A DNA stretch of 64,000 nt from Thermodesulfobacteriota bacterium (GTDB lineage: Bacteria; Desulfobacterota; Desulfobacteria; Desulfobacterales; SURF-7): the NCBI GenBank assembly GCA_049320885.1, contig JBMORA010000027.1, forward strand, positions 67,221 to 131,220. Reading direction: 5' to 3'. Position 1 is the first letter of the stretch. Each line of letters opens with the position of its first letter. Position numbers and translations under genes: made by a program. Shown here one piece after another: positions 38,317 to 47,464 of the stretch. The notes beneath the pieces were generated by a model, which was not told where the DNA came from, searched no databases, and saw only the letters and a program-made list of their open reading frames with translations.

Positions 38317-38733
38317 CTATTGGGGAATTTCCGGCGACCATGCCTCGCGAGCCCCCGGGACCACTTTGATGACCTCAATTCTACGGGCATGCGGACGGTT
38401 GTTCAAGGGCATTTCATAGTCGATCCAGGCCCGGCATGGATAGGGAAGTTCCGCGAGGGGAATCTCTTTCAACACCGGTACCGGATTCCCATCGGGAATG
38501 AACACGCGCGTCGACGTATAGACCACAAATTGCTGCGTCTCGGACTCGACACAATCCGGGCGCTTCTTGACAATGGTGACTTCCACGCGATTTGTCTGGA
38601 CGTACCTGTCATCGGTCCTCACCAATTCATCCTCCTGTGCCAGGATCAGACACGGCATGATGAGCAACATCAAGGAGATGATCCAAATCCGGCAGGGGAA
38701 GTGAACTGTCCTTTTTTCATTCTGGTTCGCCAT
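38317..38733 (-). CDS. Small secreted protein in the PilY2 position
   Basis: AGGAG RBS, signal peptide ending ILA|Q, about 100-aa beta-rich domain with two Cys, directly downstream of pilY1. Confidence 0.65.
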   Translation of the reverse strand: MANQNEKRTVHFPCRIWIISLMLLIMPCLILAQEDELVRTDDRYVQTNRVEVTIVKKRPDCVESETQQFVVYTSTRVFIPDGNPVPVLKEIPLAELPYPCRAWIDYEMPLNNRPHARRIEVIKVVPGAREAWSPEIPQ

Positions 38734-38780
38734 TGTATTCTCCTTCTGGCCGAAAATAATGTCTTTTACCGGCATGGTCT

Positions 38781-41700
38781 CTAGTTGCCGCGCCAATAGG
38801 TCAAACCGCTTTTGATATTGAAAACCGGATCCACGTCAATGGCAATAATCTCCCCGGTACTTTGCTGGACAAAGGCGGTAGCGCCTTCCTCCCGGCCCAC
38901 ATGGATGCCGACACTCGGCGGCGGCGCCCCGACCATGCTGGCCGTATTTTTCGGGGCCACGATGGAATAGGTTTCATTGTCATAGGTCAGGGTTCCATAG
39001 ATCTGGTTTCGCAGGATCGGCTGGAAATATGCCGTGCCCGTTTCGAAATACAGGGCGTAAAAGCCCGAAGTTCCGCCGAACTGGCAGGGATCGTCAACGG
39101 GCGTGTAGGAGGAGGCGATACTGACCCCGCCCAGCAACGCGGGTTTGGAGGTGATCCTCTCCGACGGGGAGCTTCCCCCGGCGGCTGTCAGGGGATGATA
39201 CCAGCCGTCGAATTCTCCGAGTACATACTTGGTCAATGTTTTCCATTCGCCGTCGGGGCCGTAATCCGGGGTGGAGCCATCATTGAACGGGATATCGCTG
39301 CCGGCTTCGAAAACCATGTTCTGCCCGGTGGCGGGCGCGAAACCGATCCGCACCGTGGCGGCGTTGAACAGATCGGCCATGGTCAATGTCTTGGCAATCG
39401 CCAGGCTGTGATAATATTCGCCTCCATCCACGATCCCGTCGCTGTTCGTGTCGTAAGCCTTGTTGAAGAACGGATCCCGCAGACCGTAATAATACTGTTG
39501 CAGGGTGTCCTTGCGGTCGTCAAAATCCGGAATGGTATCGGATGTATCGGGCCAACTGGTGGACGAATTGGTCCAGTCCGGGTCGCCGAATTTCCCCAGG
39601 AAACGACCGGTACCGAAATAAACCCAGACATCATCGAGGGTACCAATGCTCAGGGCCGGGGAGCCGCTGATGGGCTGGTCGCCGGTGAACAAGGTCGACA
39701 AGACCCAGGTCGTGGGATCCTCGTTGTAATCCACATCGGCCGGCAATACACCGGCCCCCCATTCACACGGGCTGCAGGGGATGCCCACCCGGTAAATTTT
39801 CCCCTTCCAACTGGCCCGGCCGCTGTTATCCGTGGTGTTGTTGGTGTTGGCATCGTAGGTCTCGCCGAAATAAGCCGAATCCACGCTGTAGTTCAGGTTC
39901 TTGTCCAGGGCAACGGGAGCGCCGAAAAACGCCTCGGTTTCAGCGGTCTGGAACAGCCAGTCGTTGGCCGCCGCGGTGGTCACCAGTCCCGCGGAATTAT
40001 AGGGCTGACCGGTCTTCAGATCCACCACGAAAATCCTGCCGGCCTGGTTCGACCAGCCCGAGTATTCCGTGGGTCCGGAGCCGAAAACCGCATACCAACT
40101 TTCGTCCACCTTGACGATGGCGGGCATGGCATTGGTGAACCCGATATTGTCGTAGGTTCGTTCCCAGATCAGGGTCGGATTCCGGGGGTCGGTGATGTCG
40201 ATCAGCGTGTAGGTCGGATAAAAATGCCGGGTGTCATTGGCGCTGCCGTCATAGGCGAAATCCTCGTTTTCGCACCAGATGTGCTTGCCGCCCATACCGA
40301 GGCCCAGCAGCATGAAGGTTCCCCAGTTGTCGTGATTCAATTCGCTGGCCAGATCGGCATCCGGGTAATGGGTGTCGTCCGGAAGGATCTTGGCTTCGAA
40401 GATTTTGGGCTTCAGGTCCACATAATAGGTATGGCTGTAGGCGGGCGACGCCAGCCATTTGAGATGGGGCAGCAGGGACTGGGGGATATAGGCCCAGATT
40501 TCATCCCCGATATTTTCGGAAGCCGGAGCGGCGGCCGGCTTGACATATTCACCGGTGTCGCCGTCATATATCCACGACGTGAAGGCGTGCAACATGCCGT
40601 CGTTGGCGCCCACATAGATGACGGTCTCCCGGTCCCGGAAGGCGTCATAATACGTCTGATAGGAGGAGTCCTTATAGATCAGGTGGAAGTTTTCCACGGG
40701 CTTGGCCACGGTCACCGGCGTGGAGTGCACGATATCGCCCAGTTTCCAGACCTTGTCCTCCTGGTTGATCAGCATGGTGCGGGTACGGCAGCCGGCGATG
40801 TCGATCCCGCGGATGTAATTGATTAGATTGATCACCCGGGCGTCATGGCTGCCGCCGAGATAGCTGTAGGCGGCCCCGTCCCGGACCCCCAGATACGGTT
40901 TCAGATAATAGGCCGCGTCGGAATTGGGAATGGTTCCGAGCGAAGCCACGGCGGTACTGGCGGCGAATCGGACCACTTCGCCGCTGGTGTCAAAATGATC
41001 CGCATCCGCGGCCACGGTTTTGTCGCCGTCCTTGTCGATGAACGTAAAGATCTGGCGGTCGGCCGCGGGCATTTCCACCAGGTTGTTGCCGGCCTCGAAC
41101 AGCGAATTGACTTCGTCCAGTTCGATTTCCTCATAGGCATAGTCGCCCGCCACCCCCACGTTTTCGCAATCATAGTGGTTTGTGTACCGGGGATGGGCGG
41201 TGAAACGTTTGACCCTGGTCTCCGACACCAGGCTGTCATAGAAGAATTCAATGATTTTATCCGTGCTGTCGAGACTCAGTTTGTGATCGTGGTTGCTGTC
41301 CTCCCGCAGATTGCCGCAGGGGTCGATCCACAGGGAGTGCATGTACCCCGTCCAGGTGATTTCCCGGCCGCCGCTGGTGACCGAGGGCTTGAAATACGCC
41401 TGGGTCATGTTGCCCTCGCCTTCCTCGTTGGTGGCCAGAACCGAGGCGGCCGTGCCCGAGGAGGCCCGTTTCAGGATATCGGTGATGGCCCGCAGGATCT
41501 CGTTCTGGAGCAGATAGCCGTCATCGGCCTCGTAGTAATTGTCCGGAATACCGTCGCCGTCCTCATCCCATTCCGTGCGGTCGGCCGCGGGCGAGGTCGT
41601 GCTGCCGTCCGGCCGGTTGTTGTTGTTGCGGTCGGTGAAACCGCCGTTGCGCGCCGCCTCCATCAGCAGGTTCCTAGCATTGTCCACGCCGCTGCCGAAG

Positions 41701-43448
41701 GCGGCGTACACCGGATACAAAAGGATATTCTGGATGCCGGCCTTGTCCGCCCGCAGGTCGTTGGCCCGGGCATACAGGGCCACGTCCTTTAGAAAATCCG
41801 TGCCGCCGGTGGCGAACCCGGTCCGGTTGGAATCGTCACTATACCCCGAGCTGTCTTCCGGCGTCAGAAAGATATCCGTATCGTCGGCGTAATCCTCCAG
41901 GTAAGTCGGCACCCAGCCGTCCTTGGTGGATTCGCCGTCGGTGAGCAGCAGTACGAAGTTCTTGGCGCAGGTCTCGGAATTGTCATAGGGGTCGAAACCT
42001 TCCTTGGCGCAGCCGTTGGGAAAGCGCAGGGTCGTGTCCGCGGCCTGGGCCCGGAAATGCTGCATGGCCACGTAATAACTTTCCCCCAGGGGGGTCCAGG
42101 TGTCGCAGTCCTGATTGGCCATATCCGCGATCATGGTGGCAAAGGGGCTGTGGCCGATGGCGTGCTGGACCGAGCCGCCGTTGTCCTTGTCGTTGACCCC
42201 GGTGGTGTAGCCGTCGGAGTTGAACCACATATTGCCCCAGCGGGCCTTGCCGCCCACCTTCTGCATCACGCCGCCAATCCGATCCCCAATCCCGTCGCCG
42301 TCACTGTCGTAAACATCCTCGGGCTCCAGGACGGGGTCCTTCTGGACCCGGATATTGAATTTGTTCGTGTTGGCGGTGTTCCAGGGCGAATTGTCCGTGT
42401 CCACGTAAATGGTGCCGTTCTCCACCCCGTACCAATTGTCCCCCGAATAGGGCGCCAGCCCCTGGGCCGAGGCGTTGGTGATATTGTACAGGTGCTGGTA
42501 CCCGGAAACCGATTCCCCCTGGAGCTGCATGGCGCCGGTGCCCTGGGTGCTCAGGGCCGAACCGCCGGTCATGACCTTGCGGACCACGTCGATGCGCTTC
42601 ATGGTGAGAAAATTGAGGAAGTTGCCGGACCAGGTGCCGGCCGCGTCGTCGATGACGAAGATATTGCTGTCGTAGCGGTATTTGTGATACGGGCTGAAAT
42701 AGCCGTAATAGGTGCTGCAGTCCGACGACCATTCGATATACAGCTTGGGGGCGTTGGCGGCGCCGCCGTCATAGCTGTAGGCGTCGGCCTCGCCGCTGCC
42801 GGTGAGGATGAAGGCGATGTTGTTGCCGGGATTCCAGCCCTGGCGGTTGACGATTTCGGAAACGATGGCCGTCACCGCCGTGCTGTTATAACTGGTTCCG
42901 GTGGTCCAGGCCCCGGTGTTCCAGGAAACCGAGGCCGTGGTGGTGGCCCGGTTGGAAATATTGTAGTTGGAGGTGCTGAAGGTGCCGGGATTGTCGTTGG
43001 CGTGGGCCTTGATGGTGAGGCTGGCCCCGGCCTTGTTGCCGTTGGCCTTGAACTGTAGATAGGCATTGGTGATGGCCGCGCCCCGGGGGATGCGGATGTT
43101 CTTGAACCGCACGCCCGCGATGGTCTGGCCCAGGTCCAGCACGGTGCTGTTGGTGGATACGGAGTGGGCGGACGTACTTTCCTCGGCGTCGTCCGTGGAG
43201 GTGCCCACCTGGGCCCACTGGGGGCTGCAGTTGTAGGCCTGGCCTTCATAGGCCCAGGTGTTCATACTGCCGGAATTGTCCATCATGATCAGGATGTTGG
43301 GAGTTGCCGAAGACTGCTCCGTGAAGATGGGCAGGGCGTTGTAATCGGACATGACCGGCTCGGCTGCCAGGGCCGGTCCGCAGATCCCCGCAAAAACCCC
43401 TATTGTTGCCAGAATGATCCAGGATGTAGTGGTAAGCTTCCGTTTCAT
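38781..43448 (-). CDS. pilY1: PilY1/PilC type IV pilus tip adhesin (first copy, pilY1-1)
   Basis: Signal peptide, PNILIMMDNSGSM MIDAS, TPLGES, LLTDGES, WKLGDIVHSTP, GANDGMLHAF, EIWAYIP, VYFGTGR. Confidence 0.9.
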   Translation of the reverse strand: MKRKLTTTSWIILATIGVFAGICGPALAAEPVMSDYNALPIFTEQSSATPNILIMMDNSGSMNTWAYEGQAYNCSPQWAQVGTSTDDAEESTSAHSVSTNSTVLDLGQTIAGVRFKNIRIPRGAAITNAYLQFKANGNKAGASLTIKAHANDNPGTFSTSNYNISNRATTTASVSWNTGAWTTGTSYNSTAVTAIVSEIVNRQGWNPGNNIAFILTGSGEADAYSYDGGAANAPKLYIEWSSDCSTYYGYFSPYHKYRYDSNIFVIDDAAGTWSGNFLNFLTMKRIDVVRKVMTGGSALSTQGTGAMQLQGESVSGYQHLYNITNASAQGLAPYSGDNWYGVENGTIYVDTDNSPWNTANTNKFNIRVQKDPVLEPEDVYDSDGDGIGDRIGGVMQKVGGKARWGNMWFNSDGYTTGVNDKDNGGSVQHAIGHSPFATMIADMANQDCDTWTPLGESYYVAMQHFRAQAADTTLRFPNGCAKEGFDPYDNSETCAKNFVLLLTDGESTKDGWVPTYLEDYADDTDIFLTPEDSSGYSDDSNRTGFATGGTDFLKDVALYARANDLRADKAGIQNILLYPVYAAFGSGVDNARNLLMEAARNGGFTDRNNNNRPDGSTTSPAADRTEWDEDGDGIPDNYYEADDGYLLQNEILRAITDILKRASSGTAASVLATNEEGEGNMTQAYFKPSVTSGGREITWTGYMHSLWIDPCGNLREDSNHDHKLSLDSTDKIIEFFYDSLVSETRVKRFTAHPRYTNHYDCENVGVAGDYAYEEIELDEVNSLFEAGNNLVEMPAADRQIFTFIDKDGDKTVAADADHFDTSGEVVRFAASTAVASLGTIPNSDAAYYLKPYLGVRDGAAYSYLGGSHDARVINLINYIRGIDIAGCRTRTMLINQEDKVWKLGDIVHSTPVTVAKPVENFHLIYKDSSYQTYYDAFRDRETVIYVGANDGMLHAFTSWIYDGDTGEYVKPAAAPASENIGDEIWAYIPQSLLPHLKWLASPAYSHTYYVDLKPKIFEAKILPDDTHYPDADLASELNHDNWGTFMLLGLGMGGKHIWCENEDFAYDGSANDTRHFYPTYTLIDITDPRNPTLIWERTYDNIGFTNAMPAIVKVDESWYAVFGSGPTEYSGWSNQAGRIFVVDLKTGQPYNSAGLVTTAAANDWLFQTAETEAFFGAPVALDKNLNYSVDSAYFGETYDANTNNTTDNSGRASWKGKIYRVGIPCSPCEWGAGVLPADVDYNEDPTTWVLSTLFTGDQPISGSPALSIGTLDDVWVYFGTGRFLGKFGDPDWTNSSTSWPDTSDTIPDFDDRKDTLQQYYYGLRDPFFNKAYDTNSDGIVDGGEYYHSLAIAKTLTMADLFNAATVRIGFAPATGQNMVFEAGSDIPFNDGSTPDYGPDGEWKTLTKYVLGEFDGWYHPLTAAGGSSPSERITSKPALLGGVSIASSYTPVDDPCQFGGTSGFYALYFETGTAYFQPILRNQIYGTLTYDNETYSIVAPKNTASMVGAPPPSVGIHVGREEGATAFVQQSTGEIIAIDVDPVFNIKSGLTYWRGN

Positions 43449-44062
43449 AATTCCCCCGCGTTTGGTATGCCGATGACTTTCCGATATTCGGCGGTTAAGG
43501 ACGCCGCGCTGTTGCGCGTCCCTGTTCCCTGGACGGATTCGTTGTAATAAATGGCCGCGCCGCCGGCCGAGCCCGCACCCACGCCTTCCGCGCCCGAGGC
43601 GAACTCAACCCCGCCGCCGATCATGGAAACGGTCTTGATGCGCCGAATATCCGCCTGAATGGGGTCGTTGCCCACCAAAAACTCCACATCCGGCTCCGTG
43701 TCATAGGCCTGGCGCCCCAGTAAATCCGTGTAACTCATGATTTCCAGATAAAATACGTCCGACACGGCTGTACTGGCAGGGTCGGCCGAGCCCGCCATGT
43801 AGGTGACACCGTTGATGCCGGTGGTTACCGGCGCGCTGGTGGTCACCACGCGCGAAATGAGCTTGGTCGCGGCGTAGACCCCGCCGTCCGTTTCATAAAA
43901 AACCATTTTATGCAGCTGATCGTTGGACGCCACCTGCTGTTCCACAATCGTGGTGTCGATGGACGAGACACCGATGACGGTGACGATGCACAGAACCAGC
44001 AATGCGATGATAATGACGGAACCATCTTCATTATTGGCATGCATGACTATCTTCTTTTTCAT
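43445..44062 (-). CDS. pilX: Type IV minor pilin PilX
   Basis: EDG|SVIIIALLVL prepilin-like segment lacking Glu5, ASND..KMVFYETDGG; overlaps the pilY1 start. Confidence 0.8.
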   Translation of the reverse strand: MKKKIVMHANNEDGSVIIIALLVLCIVTVIGVSSIDTTIVEQQVASNDQLHKMVFYETDGGVYAATKLISRVVTTSAPVTTGINGVTYMAGSADPASTAVSDVFYLEIMSYTDLLGRQAYDTEPDVEFLVGNDPIQADIRRIKTVSMIGGGVEFASGAEGVGAGSAGGAAIYYNESVQGTGTRNSAASLTAEYRKVIGIPNAGEL

Positions 44063-44067
44063 GATGA

Positions 44068-44511
44068 CTACCTTTGGCCCAGGGCTACAACATTGGTTAG
44101 GGTTATATCGCGATCCTTGAAATTCTCGGTTATGGTCAGACGGACCGTTTTGGTGTCGTTCATCAATTCATTGTCCGTCACCGTCCAGCCGGAACTGAAA
44201 CGGGTGGCGGTTTCGCCGGCTTCATCCACCAATCCGTCGTCGTCGTTGTCGATCCAGTCCGCGGTGGCCGCCGCCGGATTGGTCGTTACAATGGAGTCGT
44301 AGGGCTGACTGATGATCCGCTCCATCTGTTTGGCCGCGACATATGTCAGGTCGGTTACCACTTGGGCCGTGACATTTCCGCTGGTGGAGGCGATCTGCAT
44401 CGAAGCAACGGCCAGGACGCCGATGGAAAAAACCGCAATGGCGATGAGCACTTCTATCAGGGTATATCCGGACGCTGCATCCTGGCGGTGGTTGTACTTT
44501 TTTCTGTTCAT
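44068..44511 (-). CDS. pilV: Type IV minor pilin PilV
   Basis: SG|YTLIEVLIAIAVFSIGVLAVASMQ prepilin motif. Confidence 0.82.
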   Translation of the reverse strand: MNRKKYNHRQDAASGYTLIEVLIAIAVFSIGVLAVASMQIASTSGNVTAQVVTDLTYVAAKQMERIISQPYDSIVTTNPAAATADWIDNDDDGLVDEAGETATRFSSGWTVTDNELMNDTKTVRLTITENFKDRDITLTNVVALGQR

Positions 44512-44522
44512 GGCGCTCCTCC

Positions 44523-45194
44523 TTACCGTAACGCGATATTTCGTACCTTGACTTCACTCATCAACCGGAGGGTGCGGTTTATCGCCGAGGCCGAACCCAT
44601 ACCCACAGCCCCGCCGGCACCGACGATATTGATCTGGACTTTGCGGATATCCTCCAGATTGACAACCGGCGTCGCCAGAATCGCGTCGTTTTCATCCAGA
44701 TAGGTCAATACCAGCGAATTGATATTCTCGGCGATGGTCACCCCGTCCCGTTGAATGTCGGTGCCCGCGAGGGTATAGGTAACACCTTCGAAATCCGGCG
44801 GGACCGGCAATTGCCCATCGTAGGTTTCGTTGTTGTCCACCGTGCCGTCGCCGTCGTCATCCACGGCGTTTGCCTCGCCTCCGGTCACGTCCCATGAAAA
44901 CGAAATGGTGCTGACATCGGCCGTCACAAAGCCGGCGCCGGCCCTTCCGGTGGGGTCATACCCCGCCATGCGGATATCCCGCATCAAATAATACATGGCG
45001 GTCCGCAGGTTTTGATGGAGTTCCACCACCGCCCGTTGGGTGTTGGAAGAGCGGACCTGACTTTCATATGCCCGATAGATGCCGACCAAAACAATGGAGG
45101 CGATTCCCATGGCGACGAGCAGTTCGATCAAGGTAAACCCCTCCTGCCCGGTTTTTCGCTTGCAACCCAATCGATGGATGATGGTATTGACCAT
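44523..45194 (-). CDS. pilW: Type IV minor pilin PilW
   Basis: EG|FTLIELLVAM prepilin motif, QNLRTAM..RDIRMAGYDP, IAENI, VKVRN. Confidence 0.85.
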   Translation of the reverse strand: MVNTIIHRLGCKRKTGQEGFTLIELLVAMGIASIVLVGIYRAYESQVRSSNTQRAVVELHQNLRTAMYYLMRDIRMAGYDPTGRAGAGFVTADVSTISFSWDVTGGEANAVDDDGDGTVDNNETYDGQLPVPPDFEGVTYTLAGTDIQRDGVTIAENINSLVLTYLDENDAILATPVVNLEDIRKVQINIVGAGGAVGMGSASAINRTLRLMSEVKVRNIALR

Positions 45195-45215
45195 GCGCCT
45201 GTCCTTTATCCTATA

Positions 45216-45791
45216 TCAGTTAATGCGAATGAATCCGGTTGTGTTCACTTGAACCTCGGCCTGACGGCCGCTGTCGTCGGTCAAAAAGATCGAACCGCTG
45301 TCGGGAGCGCCGGCCAAGGTTCGCGGCAGCCCGTCATTGCCGAATACAAAACCGACTCCGGGACCGCCGGTGAAGGTCGTGCCGCTGCCACCGCCCTGGG
45401 CCGGATCGAATCGAGCGGAACCGTAGTTCGATAAACTTCCGGTAACGACGAGCCGTTCACCCGCTGTATAATTGCCGTCGACCAGGACGGTGTCATTGAA
45501 CACAATATAATCGTAGGTAATGCCGCCGATCATCTGATTGAAAGCGATGGTGCAGTTGACATTCTGTTTGATCGCTTCCATCTTGGCTTTCTGCAGGGTG
45601 GCGTAAACATCCTGGGCCGCCGCCCTGAACTGGGAATTCATGCGAAAGGCGATCAGATTCGGCAATGCGACGGCTGTAAGGATGGCGATGATGGCAATGG
45701 CGATCATCAATTCCATCAGGCTGAATCCGGAGTCTTTCCCTGTTACAATCCGCTTACGATTCCCGCGAAGATGTTCCCTTGTCCCTGTCAT
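45216..45791 (-). CDS. fimT: GspH/FimT (FimU) family minor pilin
   Basis: SG|FSLMELMIAIAIIAIL prepilin motif, LQKAKMEAIK, F.NDGLP, TGFIR. Confidence 0.8.
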   Translation of the reverse strand: MTGTREHLRGNRKRIVTGKDSGFSLMELMIAIAIIAILTAVALPNLIAFRMNSQFRAAAQDVYATLQKAKMEAIKQNVNCTIAFNQMIGGITYDYIVFNDTVLVDGNYTAGERLVVTGSLSNYGSARFDPAQGGGSGTTFTGGPGVGFVFGNDGLPRTLAGAPDSGSIFLTDDSGRQAEVQVNTTGFIRIN

Positions 45792-45879
45792 GGTATTTGT
45801 TCTCCGAGCCCTGCGCTGTTGGACCGAATCCGTTTCTGTTCGTTGTCCGGCGTTACCGTTTTATGTCGTCATGTTTCAA

Positions 45880-45896
45880 TACAAATAATATGCCAA
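45880..45896 (-). promoter_or_regulatory. Putative sigma54 (-24/-12) promoter of the minor pilin operon
   Basis: TTGGCATATTATTTGTA = GG-N10-GT (variant of GG-N10-GC), with an upstream AT-rich IHF-like tract. Confidence 0.55.
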
Positions 45897-46139
45897 TGCC
45901 GCTTCAACGGATCGACCAGGCCGCCCGTTTTCCGGCATATTATTATTTTTATATTTATTACAGCATATTATAGATAGGTCTTGCCGTTTTGCTGCGTTTT
46001 GCCAACCCCCATGGTTTTCCTTCCTGTCTGCAAGGTACTAAAACCTTTTATAGATAGATATAAAAACTTTTAATACTTTATCGTAAGGTGATACGGCTGC
46101 CATGGAGGCGATAAGAAGAGAAAACCTGCTGCGGGGGGA

Positions 46140-46382
46140 TCAATGTATCGTCGTCGATTTGGGCATCTGATCCGATTCCAGATATTGCAGAAACAACACC
46201 AGGCCTTTTTCCATGGTGCTGAAACGCGACATCAGTTCCGAGGCGGAAAAACGGCCGGCATTCTCGATGATGAAAAATTTGATGGCCATGCTCACGGCCC
46301 GGCGATCATCCGGCGCGGTGATGGGAAACAACACCCGGCTGAGACCGGTTTCCAAATGCTCCAGAATCTCCTTCTTGTTCAT
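46140..46382 (-). CDS. Small hypothetical protein (80 aa)
   Basis: GGAGGAGG RBS before MNKKEILEHLETGLSRVLFP...; has its own putative sigma54 promoter. Confidence 0.6.
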   Translation of the reverse strand: MNKKEILEHLETGLSRVLFPITAPDDRRAVSMAIKFFIIENAGRFSASELMSRFSTMEKGLVLFLQYLESDQMPKSTTIH

Positions 46383-46456
46383 ATGCCCTCCTCCGCGCCT
46401 GGAAATCAGTTGGATGCAAGTCCCCTCGACACCTGTTTTTCCATACCCATGTGGAA

Positions 46457-46472
46457 TGCATAAATCAGGCCA
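46457..46472 (-). promoter_or_regulatory. Putative sigma54 promoter of the 80-aa gene
   Basis: TGGCCTGATTTATGCA = GG-N10-GC; IHF-like TTTCAA-N4-TTA at 46513-46525 in an AT-rich tract. Confidence 0.6.
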
Positions 46473-46645
46473 GGAAAAACCCACTGGTGGTCCTTATATA
46501 ATCATATTTATATTTCAATTAGTTATAAAATCAGGAGGGTCCCGGGCCGGTTGCCGGCAGTACCGGGCGTATCATTCGGCAGGACGATCGTCCTTCGCCG
46601 GTAGACAGAAATCGATCAGCCGAATCCGGGGCCGCCGTCCGGGCC

Positions 46646-47464
46646 TCACCCGGATACGTGACGGACGGCGTTGCGGAAGATGGTCAGGCCGGTTTCGATC
46701 TCCTCTTCCCAGCCGGCGCCCCGGCGCCTGGCCAGTTCCTTCCGCCGGGTCCACTGGGGATGATGGGTGGGATGATGAAACGCCTCGGGATGCGGCATCA
46801 GTCCGAAAACGCGTCCGGAAGCATCGCAAATTCCGGCCGCGTCCAGGAGCGAACCATTGGGGTTTGCGGGGAAACGACGCCCGGCCGGCAGCCCGTCGGC
46901 ATCGGCGTATTGCAGAACCACCTGCTGGTTGTCCCGCAGGCGGGAAAGCATCCCGTCGGCGGCATAGAATTTCCCTTCGCCATGCCGCACCGGCAGATCC
47001 ATGGCGGCGATTCCTTTCGTGAACACGCAGGGACTCGCGGTATTTACCCGCAATCGAACCCATTGGTCGCGAAAATTGCCGCAGTCATTATGGGTGAGAG
47101 CCACCGACCGGGTCCGGTAATCCCCGTCAACTCCGGGCAGCAGCCCCAGGTTCACCAGGGTTTGAAAGCCGTTGCAGATCCCGATGACCAGCTTCCCGGC
47201 CTCCACAAAGCGCAACAGATCGTCCCCCAGCCTGGTTTTCATGCGCACGGCCTGGATCACCCCGGCGCCGTGATCGTCCCCCCAGCTGAATCCGCCACCG
47301 AAGGCCAGAATCTGAAAATCCTCCAGCGTGGCGGAGCGGTCGATGAGGGAATTGATATGCACCCGTCGAGCCGTTGCTCCGGCCAGCTCGAAGGCATGGG
47401 CGGTTTCGTGATCACAGTTCAGGCCGAAACCGGTCAACACCAGCACAGGGACGTTCCGTTTCAT
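46646..47464 (-). CDS. purQ: Phosphoribosylformylglycinamidine synthase glutaminase subunit
   Basis: G.NCD.ET, GGFSWGD, GICNGFQ, HGEGKF, NPNGS, GLMPHPE. Confidence 0.92.
   Translation of the reverse strand: MKRNVPVLVLTGFGLNCDHETAHAFELAGATARRVHINSLIDRSATLEDFQILAFGGGFSWGDDHGAGVIQAVRMKTRLGDDLLRFVEAGKLVIGICNGFQTLVNLGLLPGVDGDYRTRSVALTHNDCGNFRDQWVRLRVNTASPCVFTKGIAAMDLPVRHGEGKFYAADGMLSRLRDNQQVVLQYADADGLPAGRRFPANPNGSLLDAAGICDASGRVFGLMPHPEAFHHPTHHPQWTRRKELARRRGAGWEEEIETGLTIFRNAVRHVSG

Noticed and set aside
33824..43448. Shufflon or gene-conversion system between the two pilY1 genes
   Set aside because: No recombinase in the window and no long shared nucleotide repeats noticed; the proteins share only short motifs
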